A stretch of DNA of 63,585 nt, filler included, from Collodictyon triciliatum (taxonomy: Eukaryota), in assembly GCA_043381765.1 (NCBI GenBank). It is 6 parts of 6 records of this genome, joined end to end, with 100 filler letters (N's around TTAATTAATTAA, not from the genome) between each part and the next. Parts side by side here need not be neighbours in the genome. Positions count along the whole stretch, not along the records: positions 13,649 to 27,191 come from JBHJMP010001969.1; positions 27,292 to 40,832 come from JBHJMP010001970.1; 4 more parts are not named here. One strand, written 5' to 3'. The translations under genes and the position numbers were made by a program. Each line of letters starts with the position of its first letter. Position 1 is the first letter of the stretch. The notes under the pieces were generated by a model. The model was not told the origin of the DNA, did not search any database, and was given only the letters and a program-made list of their open reading frames with translations. Of the stretch, positions 20,694 through 33,535 are shown piece after piece.

Positions 20694-21415
20694 GACAGCA
20701 TATAATTGCATCGGCTCTGCTTTCAACAGTTTGATACAGCATTAGCCTCAGTGTGGCTTTCCCTCCATCAAATTTCCTAGCCCTTCATAGCAACCATAAT
20801 GGGAATCAGTATATCTGTGCGTTTTTTCCCCAACTTTGCGACTTTACTGTGTGGCCTATAATGGCAGTGATTTTAGACCCTCGTTGATATATGAGAACGA
20901 CCCTAACCCAAACTTCATCAATTCTTGTAGCGCCGTGGATACTATTTTATATTACAACAAAAAAAAAAAACAACCAAACAAGCAAATAAACAAAACATAT
21001 TACAAATCTTTGCGAACAATGTGATTCATACAAGGGTTTTCAGAAAATTGTTCTCCTCCGAATTAAAAAAAATATTATCCACATCTGTGTAAATTGCATG
21101 ATTCGATATCACTGCCTCATAGAGAACCAGTTGGATTCTGGCGCTAGAGATATTTGAAGTTTTTTTTTTTGACAGCTTTTCTTCACAAATTATTCCTTTC
21201 TGTCGAGGATAAAAGGGGAGCTTCTTGGCGAACAAACCACATCAGTTCATTCAGCTCAGCACACGGAGCACTCCCTTGTCGATCTCAATATGCTGTTTCA
21301 ACCGATGTGTGCCATTCTCCTCATTCCTACGGCTGCCATCCAAAGCTGTTCGTTTAAACCCTCCTTTCCTTGTTACCCACCAGGCAGCTTTTTCCTTTCT
21401 TTTTTGAAGTAACCT

Positions 21416-24400
21416 ATGACCGGTGAAGCAACTCCGATGGCAGCGACCCTCTCTCGTCCGTCGCTTTTTGTAAATTACCTCTCCGTTCTGCTGGTCGTCG
21501 GATCTCTCCTGATGCAGTCTTCGGGTATTGCATTTTCTGCTTCTCTTTTACTTTTCTTATTCTTATTCTTTTTCATCCCCTTTTTCCTTTTTCCCTTTTC
21601 CTTTTCTTTTTCTTTTTTCTTTCGTATTTTCTTCCTTCTCTTCATCTTTTCTACAGCTCATCCCTCCCATCCACGTTATCCCATAAACCCTCCTCTCCAC
21701 CAACACCCTGCCATGTGTTTTCGACTCACCTCACACAAGCTGCGCTCGAGTGCGTGGACTACACAGGAGCCGTGTGCAGCAACGCTTTCAGTGCACCCGT
21801 TTCAACTGACGATAGCAGAACCATGGAGTACATGGAGGCGTATGTCTCAGCGTTTGCTAGACAGCTTACAGGGGTTTCCTTTGTCTCTCCTCAATGCTAC
21901 CAGGTTCTCTCTCTTCGTCCATGACTTACATTCTGCACACAAATCTCGTCAAGGAATGAGCTTTACTTCGACAAGATATCGTTATACGTATTATGATGGC
22001 GTTTTTCATATTCAACCGTCTATGACGAGGTGATGTGTTGTATGGCGCTGACACATTGGTACCAGGCCGCTGTGGAGTTTACATGCTTAGCGACCTTTCT
22101 GCCATGCCGGACAGTATTCAACATATCCATACCGACACCGCCATGCAAGTACGCTGCTTTTTGAATATATCATGGATGTCTTATGCATGTATCGACTGTA
22201 TGAGCCGTTTACCTATCTGTCGTTTTCTTATCAGCCGTTTTCTAATCGCTTCTCTATCTAACAAGATATATGTGTGAGTCAGCGAACATGCTGTGCGCGC
22301 CCTTCTTTGCACAAATGAACTTCACGCTACCGTGCGAGGGCCTTCCAGTCGACATATATCCCGACCCGATTCCGCGGCAGTGCTTCAACGAGTCTTTCGC
22401 CGGGATATGTGAGTATATGTATCTCTTCGTATTCAGTCTCGCCCCAACAAAGCACCCGTGCTACTACAGCTCAAGATAAATGTATACCCATAGTGATGGA
22501 GCCTTGTCCGCAATCCAATATGCTTGTACGCGAAGGAGTTGACGGAGCGTGTACACAGAGATGTCCTTCAGACTACTACTCGAGATCAGAGGTATGTTTG
22601 TGGAGTATAGGTGATGGATGCGAAGGAGCCTTTTTGTTGTATTTGTTTCTGTGTCTGTTTTTATTTTATATGTGTTGCAGAGTCATGTGCATTCGAGAAT
22701 CTTTATGAAGTGAGATAGCTCGGTGTAAAGTCATGATTGACAAGACATTCGACACATACGGATTGCATAGTATGATGCCAAATACCACAATAGGAAGACA
22801 ACTTGTACACTGCAGCAATCGTCTCATCATGGATATCTCTTGTGTGCTCGATACTTGTTCTGATAACATGGCTATTGTTTCCTTATAAAAGAACCTTCCC
22901 ATCAGTTATGGTAGCCGTGTTATTCTATCTATAATCATATCACAGATGCCATTGTTTCTTTGATTTATGTGCTGGGATTGCAAAGCTATTGTATTGGAGG
23001 GCGGCAACTTCAAAGCATACCAGCAGCATGATGCAAATATAGACCCGATTTGAATGAGATGAACGCAGTCCCACTTTTTGACCAGAGTGCTCATATGAGT
23101 AGGTGATATACATCGCATTCGGATCCATGATGATTGCAATAGGCGAGCTGATGAACATGAAAGAGTCTGCAGGGTTCCACTGCCGGAATGACTGGACAAC
23201 TGGTGAGTTTTATTTTGTTGACCTGGAAGTAAGCGAGAGAAAAGAAAATAGAAACAAAAAGAACAAAATAAAAAACAAGAAACAAAAAACAAAACAAAAC
23301 AAAAAACAGAGACATACAAAAACATACAAAAACATAAAACAAAACAACAAAAACAACAACAAAAACCATATAAAGAGAAAATATGGACAAAAATAGAGAA
23401 TACCCAAGTGCCTTTATCCAACACTTCTTCCTTTACTAGCCGACCAATCTTCGTCTAGCTCCTGCTTAATCCAAGGTAATCTATTTACACGCCATAAGTG
23501 AATACTCAGTCTCTGTCCCTATCGCCAGCAGTACATACCAAATCGAAGACATTATGCATACAAGGCGACTCTGCATATTCGAGTGCCGACACTTACATAA
23601 CCATACCCCGTAGGAATCATTCTGCACTTCTTTCCACTTTCAATAGCCGCATGGTGGCTATGCATGTCAGCCAATCTTCACCAAATGATTGTCATGAAGA
23701 ATCGATCGTAAGACTTTGTTGAAAGCAACACCGATATCATGATAGCAAGTCTCGTCTTCATCTGTATTCTATATTGCAGCGAGGATGCTGATATAGAGCG
23801 AACACAGCGTCTATGTCACGCTGTATTTTTCATGTATCTTTGATTCATGAAGCATTTTTTTCTGATATTGATATATGTGGGTGGAAGACCTGATAGTATG
23901 CTGAAATACTACCACGGATTCGCGTGGGGGCTTCCTCTTGTTCTCACGATTATCTCTCTTTCGACGGCCGGATTTGAATTCGACCCTTCTGGGTTCCGAG
24001 TGTAATGAAATCCATGATATGCATACGGCTTCATTATATTGACGGTTATCTTTTTTTTTTTTTTTTGTTGGGAAGACAGATTAAGAAAACAACCAAATGG
24101 CACTGATTACTTTGTCCTTTCATAGGTGCACATTATTCGAGCGGTCATACTTTGATGGGCTTTTCATTTCTTGGTTTATGATATTCGGAATTGTTGGTCT
24201 CGCTCTTATTTTTCACGTATGCTTCGAGCTGTACAAGGTTTGTATCATCATCAGGGATATGTTTATGATATATAGACTTTGAATCGAATAAAGGAAAAAA
24301 GTGTTTATGATATATAGAATAACAGGAATAATGAATAGCTGGTGATGGGTGCATGTATCTCACATGAGGAAATTTGAATAGGCTCAAAATGAAATGAAAT

Positions 24401-25398
24401 CTGTTCGTACATCAAACAAAAACATTTTCCGAGCACAGGTGATATTTCTTTATGTCGATATTGAGCTACGTGGGTTTTGTTGGATTCGTTTTGCACACTT
24501 TTTTCATTTGAACAATATAAATATGTTTGTTTTCGATGCTTGAGCGACTGAAATAACTCTATGTGAGGATAGATTAGGTCAATAATATTTTTGACATACT
24601 ACTACGGTGTCGTTTCTTGCCTCTTCAGCCTGACATTCATGTCACATGACAGAAGGGTATCATATACTTATCTCTCTGCTTTCTAAATACGTCAATTTGG
24701 GCTATTTGTAAGTGGTACTGGTACGCATAGGATGAAGCTGAGGACGGATTAGTTCAGTACTTCATGTGCATCTTTGGTCTTACACAAGTGCAAGACCTCA
24801 GTCGGTGCTCGTACTCTTATGTGATTGCATATAATGACGTCATGTTTTGTGTGGTTGTTGTCTTTGGACAGGTATGTATTCGTTGCATTTACGATGATGC
24901 TTTTGAGGATGATTTTGTGGATGCTTTTGTGGATGTGGAAAAGAATCCACCCTGGATTAATGTGATTGATGAGTCCGATGCGTGTTGATGACAATTGTTT
25001 ATGTTATATCCATGTGGTCTTGGCCAACGACCTTGTATGAAACATAGGGTCTTCTCTTATTTCTGACCTTCATGACCACAAACGACACAATTGGATGCTG
25101 GAAGACACTCTTTCTGTACGGAAGCACCTCGTACGACCCGAACTCATTTGAGGGCAAAATGGGAAGGTGGGCTGTGCTATGAATAAGAGCATCACTCGAG
25201 CAGCATAGAAAGCAGTCGTGATATGTTTTCTCAACAACGAACGACTCCAGGAAAACTGGAAGCAGCAACAGCCAGGGGCGTGCGTCAAAGTCATACGAGA
25301 GCGGCACTGCACGAGAGCTGGAGATGACTGCACCTTCGCAGACACTCAGTGCAGCAAACGGGGCAAATGCCACGCGCTCTGGAGCGGACGACTTATGA
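21416..25398 (+). CDS. Frizzled/Smoothened-like receptor 2 (tandem paralogue), multi-exon
   Basis: Signal peptide; CRD CVDYTGAVC, QCYQAAVEFTCLATFLPC, PTPPCK.ICESANMLCAP; TM1 VLITWLLFPYKRTFPS; TM4 KYYHGFAWGLPLV; TM7 FGQGLLLFLTFMTTNDTIGCWK; ends ...SGADDL*. Confidence 0.82.
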
Positions 25399-27030
25399 AC
25401 CCACCCAATCCCCAACTGTCGCACCTAATGTCGAGAACGGAAAACCTGAATAAAAAGAACAGGCTGAGGCTTATTCCGACGTTTCTTTTTTATAGACTTA
25501 CTGGAAAGCCCATTAAAAAGGCCTAAAAATAATAGAATTCGAGAAATCTCATGTCAATGTGTGTAATGTCGATATGCTCGATATTTCTCTTCCGTATATC
25601 CGCACCAGCTTTGCTTTTCCCTTTTCAGGTTTTTTTTTAGAAATAAATCTGTTACAAGCTCAATACTGCGTTATCGCGTCGGTATATAAGCCAGTAAGTT
25701 AAATCATCGAGAATACCAGAGATGATTTATTTTCGGCAATATTAGCGCAAGGTCATTTTTTTTTTGTGCACTGTCCCATCACCGATGTATAAGAAGGGTA
25801 CTGCAGAATGTCTTAGAGCCGGGACTTTCATCGCCATTTTTATATCGAGCCTTTTAGCTTTTTTTTCTTCGAAAATACCTCAAATAGTGTAATTATATCA
25901 AAACAAAAGCAATAGTAGGGAAGTACATATGCAAGGAACAATTGACCGGACAGATGTAGTTAAAGGTAAATTAGTAGGATATATCCTAGGGCATCTTATC
26001 AATGACTTTGTCCAATTTTTTTTTATTTAAACCACATTGCTCTGGGCGATTTCTTTTCATTTATCTTTCAATTGAAGCGAGCGATTTAATAGATGATTTG
26101 TTAATCACCTTTTTGTAAAACAGAAAAAAATATGATAGAATTATTTTTGATGAAGATAAATTATAAGTCCTCTGAAAATTTTAACTTATGAATTTATTCA
26201 TAATTCTTTAGCTTCTTGTCTGATAATAATGACAAAAATTCGGTCAGTGTCAAAGCTCTGACATCTTTTCACGCTTTACTCTCCGTTTGACGTGAATACA
26301 GTAATTATGATTCAAGCCAACGATATCAAGAAAACTGTGGAACAAAAAAATATCCAATCAATGAAATTAATAAAGTGTATGGGCTTATTGAGATAAACGA
26401 GTGATAGTTAAAAAAAAAAGGTGAAATTTGTTTATTTGGACATGCCTGGGAGAAATCGTAACGTTCTTTGAGTCATTTTCCTATTAAGATTCACATATCG
26501 AAGAAAAATTTCACATTTTCTGCAATTGAGAAGCTTAAATATAATATTTTCAGCCTTTTAGCATTAGAAACTCAAGAACTCCACGCGATACAATCTTGGG
26601 CAGTGCCTTCTAGTACTTTTAAAGTTAACGATATAAAATTCTACAACAGGTACGGATTTTATTACATTAAACATTTGCTTCATGTCAGCCATCGAGAATG
26701 ACAAAGAATCATTAGCTTTTTGATCCCAGAATTCAGAAAATAGATAGCTATATATTAAGGAAATTATTTCAGGATTGCATAAATAGATGCTATTAGATAT
26801 ATCTGTGATATTGGCGTACTTCACGGAATGAAAAGAAGGTCTAAAAGAGCCTAAGTTGTAAAGCACATTATTCAAAAGTTAAAAATGTCGGTGATAAAAA
26901 AGATAGTAGAAAAATTAGATTATCCAAACTGTCCAAGTAGAGATTAATCAAAACAGACTGAATTTGAAAAAGCTTTCAAATAAAGAATAAATTTCCATTT
27001 CAATTCTCTTTTAAAATCTCTTTTAATTAA

Positions 27031-27191
27031 ATTTTTCTTCGTTTCAATTTTGTGCAGGATGATGGGGTGCTGGCTTTGGTTCGCTAGCCATCGTTTGCAT
27101 GGACGCTACTTGGTGGCCGGGTGGCGGAGAAGTAGTCGGTAATCAGGAATTGCATCCTGCGGTTTGGCCTGTAGCCTGGGTCTTGTGCTTG
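27031..27191 (-). mobile_element. 3' end of non-LTR retrotransposon (same family as 62210-62940), cut by assembly gap
   Basis: Reverse complement matches 62775-62935 (CAAGCACAAGACCCAGGCTACAGGCCAAACCGCAGGATGCAATTCCTGATTACCGACTAC...TCCTGCACAAAATTGAA) with few substitutions, then an A-rich tail. Confidence 0.85.
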
Positions 27192-27298
27192 NNNNNNNNN
27201 NNNNNNNNNNNNNNNNNNNNNNNNNNNNNNNNNNNTTAATTAATTAANNNNNNNNNNNNNNNNNNNNNNNNNNNNNNNNNNNNNNNNNNNNTTTCTTT

Positions 27299-27302
<4 letters not shown>

Positions 27303-27378
<76 letters not shown>
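27303..27378. repeat. (CT)n dinucleotide microsatellite
   Basis: Perfect CT array next to a gap. Confidence 0.95.
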
Positions 27379-27383
<5 letters not shown>

Positions 27384-27517
27384 GTCTTTCTCATCTTTCT
27401 TTCCATTCAAGATTTTTATTTTACCACCCTTACATGCAGTATATTATATACTTACTGGTCATAAGTTTTGAAAAAAAAAGTGACCATACAACTTGGATAA
27501 TATCAGAGAAATCAGAT

Positions 27518-30500
27518 ATGCCTCCGAAAAAACAGCAAGCTGTACAATCAAAGAGACCGACAAACATAGCATCAAGAAAGGTTGCCCGAGATTTACAAAA
27601 GATTCAACCATCAAATCAGAAACAACCGTTGAAGCAAAAAAGCAACATTGCTCCCAAGAAAGAAATAGTTGCACCAGCCTCCTTGCATTCATCGCCACTA
27701 ACTCAAGCGCAATATTCTCCTGTGGAACAAAGTAAACAGCCTCGCCCGATGTCCAAGCAATCCAGCGTATGAACCTTTCCCCTCTATTATCTTGATTCTA
27801 GCTAATGTATTACAATGCCTGGTGAGGAACTTTTCGGAACGTTTGAGAATCCATAAAACAAGGTGAAAAATTATACTATTATTAGAACACTGATGGAAAA
27901 GACGAAGAAACTTCAAATTCAGAAAGACCGCCCTTATTTCCAAATATATCGAGTCGGTCATTACATGCCCACTTTGATGATAATGCGATGCCTAAACCCG
28001 GTCGCTCCCCTACGCATGCACCAATGAATCAGGAGATCCATGTGTTCCCCATATTACCAGGAATCGAGAAAAAGTTTTTATTTTAATAGGAATTGTTGTA
28101 AAATATGCCGGCTGTGTCATTCAATCACTTCAATAAAAAGTCGTCAGCTTGAAAATGACCAAGGTGGCAAATCCTAAAATGATGGGTGAATGTTTTAGGT
28201 CCCCGGCCAACTCAGATCCCATTCATTCGAATCCACTGCTAGCCAGAGAAGCAGAGGGATTTCGTATGCGTAGGGAACAAAGATTATTACTCCATCAACG
28301 TCGATTGAAGGAGGCAAACATAATGGTTTTTTTTTTAAAATAATTTTAATAATTCGATACACTTTGACGATATGAAATTAAATCAACAATCTATGTTTTG
28401 TATATTCAAAAAGTTAGGCCACATTACGCCCAACTATTTAACCCAATAATGTAATAATAATGCTAATACTAACAATAATATACAGGTAAATAATCCCACT
28501 AGTGTTGAAGATCCTCTAGCAGCTTCCAAGGTAGTGACAGTAAGACTAGAGGATATTCCAATAATACCAGAGATGGACCCAAAACAGTTCGACCAGCGAA
28601 ATAGGGCGTCAAGTGATTCGAATATGCGACGTAAAGGCTCTCTCGAAGCACCAACACCAGTAGAAAAGCCAGTTGTCGGAAGGAAAGCCCAATCAGCAGG
28701 GAGGTAATTAGATATTCCCATAATATTCATAAGCCAAACATATGGCTATTCAGTCATATTTTCCCTTTTCGAGGTTAGGCAGACACCATATTCAATTTTT
28801 GAAAAAAAAAAGGACACAGATTCCACTGCAATTAACATTCCTGTACTTCCATGCAGCAAAGCGACTCAAGAGGTAGCAAAGGTACCTACTACTAAATCTT
28901 CCGTGGTGGCTCGCCTGGTAAATATACAAATTTATATATACTTCAAAAGCCTCTGTGTCATTTTTTTTAACTTAAATTAAGTTTTCGATATTGCGTAAAC
29001 CACGATTCTGTCCAGACACCTCAAGAGTTAAGGGAAGAAAGACTGCGAAAGGAGGAGGCAAAGAAAAAGGCCGAGGAGGCCAAACTTGAAATGAGGTATT
29101 CTAATCAATCGATTGATTGTATAAAATACTCATATCTGACGTGTTGAATGCAATAAAAGAAAAAGGGAAAAGGAATTCAAAAAGCAAGTGAACACTATCG
29201 CACCTAAAGTTCATAAGAGTTATAAACCATTCCACGGTTCTCCTCGCGGTATACACATATCAATTTATTCATGCCCAAACGAACAATGATATATGTAAAT
29301 AAGCGTGTCGTTTTTTGTAACTTATATTTACAACTCCTCATCCAAACCCCTAGACGATGAAACCCCCAGAAATCAAAAGGGTACTTGAATTTAAAAAATT
29401 TATTAATAGTTCCCAGTCATTTAATTTATGATTATGATTATAGTTATTTTTACAGAAAACATCACATAATTTGTTCCCTTTATGATAAACAATTAGAATT
29501 TTATGTGGAAATCCTCTGTGATAAGATTTCTGAGAAAAGAATGAGGGATAGAGAAAATCAGGTTATTTACTTTTACAAACACGACAAAATCATTCTCCTG
29601 ATTTGAGAGTAATCAAACTGTCCCCATCTATGATGCTATGGTATGGATAGCACTATCTTTATGTATATCAAAATCTTGGTGAGTGCTAAAATGACTGCCA
29701 ACTTACCAGAATATATCGATTGAGGCAGAATCTGTAGCTTCAGAGTCTCCAGCAATAGAACCGAATGTTAATTTCCCTGTAAACTATTTTTTAATTACAT
29801 GATGCCTTAATTATCGATTGACAAATATGTAAACTAGGATACGGAAGAGGCTAGCAGCGATGCTAATCCAAGCAGGTTGAATAATCAACATCAAACTATT
29901 GAACCAAGACTTTATATGAATGTATTATGTTTTCGTTATGGATAAATTTCGATGAAAAAAGATAAGGACAAATAAGCAACACCTGATTTTTTTATTTCAC
30001 TACTGTCCACAAATTAGAGAAAGGAGACATGACAAGGATATGGAGGATGTCGTCACCCACCTAGAGGCCATAGTTTCAAATAAACAACGTTGGATTCTCC
30101 TCACCAAACTAAACATCTATAAACTTCATGCACTCTATCCAAACAAGACATCTATAAAATATGGTACAGAATGTCACGATTACAGTTACAAATACTTAAT
30201 TTATTTTTTCTTTTCTTTTATTCTTTTTCGGAAATTCTAGAGATTCCATCCCCGCTCGTTACAAAACCAACTCTGCATCCAGCAAGTTCTGAATCAGATT
30301 CTCTTGGAGTTAGAATAGAACACTTACGAGAGTAATTTAAATATACTAGATATTCTTAGATCACTGTGCTTCTCGTGAACATTTAACATTATGACGAATA
30401 CTAAATATGATTTCAAAATATTAAATATCACGCTACTGCCTTAATGTATGATTATCTTTTGGCAGAATTTGTGAGAAACAACTTGGTGATAACTTTATCA

Positions 30501-30664
30501 AGTGTTATCAATATATTCGTCGGATAACGGAAGCCTCAAACAGCCAAGACGTTCTTGACATTCCTGATTTTCTGACAGAGAAGCAGGTTTCTGCCATCCG
30601 TTATGTCAACCAGTTGATATACTGCGAGGACATGTTTTACGGACAACCCCAGCCAAAATCATGA
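27518..30664 (+). CDS. Hypothetical low-complexity/coiled-coil protein with NEK1-like C-terminal helical domain, multi-exon
   Basis: Starts MPPKKQQAVQSK; GT-AG exons such as LREERLRKEEAKKKAEEAKLEMR; last exons DSLGVRIEHLREFCEKQLGDNFIKCYQYI...VNQLIYCEDMFY resemble the C-terminal domain of NIMA-related kinases. No kinase motifs seen. Confidence 0.65.
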
Positions 30665-31719
30665 AACTGAACCTCCTTAGCCTCAAACTTTGTTCCCTAG
30701 TGTCTCATTATCGACATTATATACCAATACCCTTTTCTCTCTTTATTTTTCCTCCAACTCCTTCAACGGGTATGTAAAGTACAGGTTTCTGTCGAGATAA
30801 GAAGCTCTGCCTGTTGTGTTACCCTGGAGAATGAATATAAAGAAAAAAAATCATATCTTTAGAATCTATTGAGCCCTTGAATCTCTGTTTTTACATTTGA
30901 TTTGAATATTTGCAATTTCAAGCCAAAAAACAGGATTGGCAAGTGAGGGAGACCGGTAGGAAGGTGCCACCAACCGAGAGAACTTGGTGATTGTGCGTTG
31001 GTCAATTTGTCAGTCCTTTATTTTCATTTTGATGCAATCTCGGTTTGCTTTGGCCTCAGAATACCAACCAACGAAAGATGACCGACAAACACTTATTGAC
31101 CATTCATCAACCACTGACCATAGACGAAAATATTTCCACTTAACGACAGACAAAAATCGCATGTGATGCAGCATATTATGGAACACAGCAAATAGACTCT
31201 GTCATTGAATGTAAAGCGCCTTTCTCTTCACGCCACGACCCATGCTGTTGCACTGCAAGGCGATAGTCCGGACTAAGACATGTCATTTCGGCCAATACTC
31301 TATCAAAAAATTATCCAGTACCAAACGCGTAATCGCCAAAAGAATGAAGAACAGACATTCCAAACGTAGATGGACTCATAGACACAATAAGATATTGTCA
31401 AGCCAAAGCCACCCACTTCCCCCCCCCCCCCCCCCCCCCCCCCCTCAATTCGGTTGAACAGAAGAGTTTTTGTATATTTCTACAGTCCGGCGTAGTTGTT
31501 GTGCGTTGGTTTAGAGCAGTGGAGCGAGTCGGATTCAGGTGCAGGTCAGTTTTGTGCAGAAACTGAATTCGTGGCTCATCGCTCCGCATCCATGAAAGTC
31601 GAGGATAGTTACAACTCATAGAGAGCAGCAACTTCCAGGTGACCCGACCTGGATTCGGATATGCCATAATCCTTGGTGATGCTGCGGATCTGGAATACTT
31701 GGAAATAGTCACCGGCCTT

Positions 31720-32320
31720 CGTGACACAAGCAACTCCCAAGGCTGCACAGAAACTATTTGTCTATATTTTCGACACTTTAACCACTTTGCCACGCAGAGT
31801 CTTTCTGCTTACGCGCTGGCTCCGGCTTGATATTCCATGGAATCGATTGCCATTATTGTCTCCCAAAGTATCACGCTTGTATGGTCTCACGTTTCTAAAT
31901 ACTGACTGCAACGAAATCTCATTCCTATCACCGAAAATATTCTGATTGACACACCTCGTAAAGCTTCATGCAGGCAGGAATAGGCTTTCGCAGGCTCCTA
32001 CGAAAATACGATTATTTTTCAATTTATACAAGCGAACTCCGCATCGATCGCTACGAACTATTTTCACTGACCTTGTCAGACTGCACTTATACGGACTCGC
32101 ATACTTGAATACTGCTGAAAATCATTTATCATTACCGCCTACCGAATGTCGCATTGGACAGGTCTCAAATTCCTCTGCCTGAGTGAGAATGGAGTGTGCT
32201 GATAAATATCTTTTCACATTGAAAAATAAACGTTCCTGACAAACATTTGCAGATTAGCAAGCTACCTCCGCAAATCACTGTGTTCACGAATATCAAAAAC
32301 ATTTGAATTCAGGGCTAAAG
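31720..32320 (+). pseudogene. Degenerate leucine-rich-repeat pseudogene
   Basis: 23-aa LRR periodicity (LTTLPRRVFLLTRWLRLDIPWNR / LPLLSPKVSRLYGLTFLNTDCNE / ISFLSPKIF*LTHLVKLHAGRNR) with an in-frame TGA at 31943-31945 and later frameshifts. Confidence 0.6.
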
Positions 32321-33535
32321 GCCAACCATAAAAAGGATGCCTCGCAGTATTTAGAATCTGCGTGTTGGAGAAACAAAATAAGGAGATTTATGGCCAGTAA
32401 TCACTCTTTCGCTCGGATTCAAATTTCAAATGTATGTTGCAACATACTTAAATCTCCGCTGCAGGTTGTTTCAATCGCCAATATAGATTAGGAACAAAAT
32501 GAATCGTACATTAGGTTCAAGTCGGTTAGTTTGTGTGGATTGGGGCTAATTTGAATACCCGAGAGCATAATTACTACAACTCAATTTTCTTTTTATCTCT
32601 TGGAAGAAACAGTGTAATATCTAAAAAAAAAAAAAATAATTATTTGGAGTAGCTATACCACCATTAGTGTTTCTCCTTTGTTCTGCAATACTATCATTAG
32701 TACAGTATTTCATCGATTTTCCTGACTCTTTTTCGCCTTTCCTTTCCTTTTTTTCTTCTTCTTTTCATTTTATCACAATTCACCCGGTTTAAAGTACTTT
32801 GTGTTTGGGTTCAAAGTCAACATCGGTTTGATTTACCGATATAATCATTGGCTCGCATCTCAAAAGAAGAACTTCCACATTTTCCTGAGACCCTTTTTAT
32901 CCTCAGTTCATCGCTTGCAAATCCCACGCACAACACAACTATACTAGCGATTGATTCTTGATGAATCCGAATGTGCTCCGCTCAGCAAATAGCCTGAACT
33001 CTCTCAAAAAAAAGTTTGACAAAAATATATGCAAATCTTCCAGAAATAGGTAAACCGGTCATCCTTTTCAGGAAGATGCAAAGACATCCACATAAGGAAA
33101 ATAATTTCCAGCCCGCGAAAATAACAAAGCACAAAGCCAAAAGAGCCTTATTCGTTAAACAGGCGCGGACAGGCGAGTCAGTTGCGTGGTGCTTCATTGA
33201 CAAAGCGAATGAAACACGAACATTGAGCGAACGAGCCACAGAGAAGGGGAAATGATGCAGCGAGAACGAGTCAACAGAGCGGCCGGTTCAACAGAAGCCC
33301 TGTTAAAGAAGCTCAAAAGCTCTGGTAAAACGCAGTACTCCTGGAAAAAAAGAAAGGAAACGTGTGGCGCGGGTTGGTTACAGCAAAGTGAAAAATAAAA
33401 ATAACGAAATAAAGTCCGCTGAGCCAGAAACCAGGATACCATAGCAAGCCCAACCACCTTTACTTACAAGATTGATGATTATCCCGACAAAAGGTGTTCC
33501 CTCGAAGGAGAAAAACAAAACAGCAGTACACGAAA

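Noticed and set aside
31943-31945. In-frame TGA as evidence of a reassigned genetic code or selenocysteine
   Set aside because: Intact genes end at TGA, TAA and TAG and use TGG for Trp; this locus also has frameshifts, so decay is the simpler explanation.
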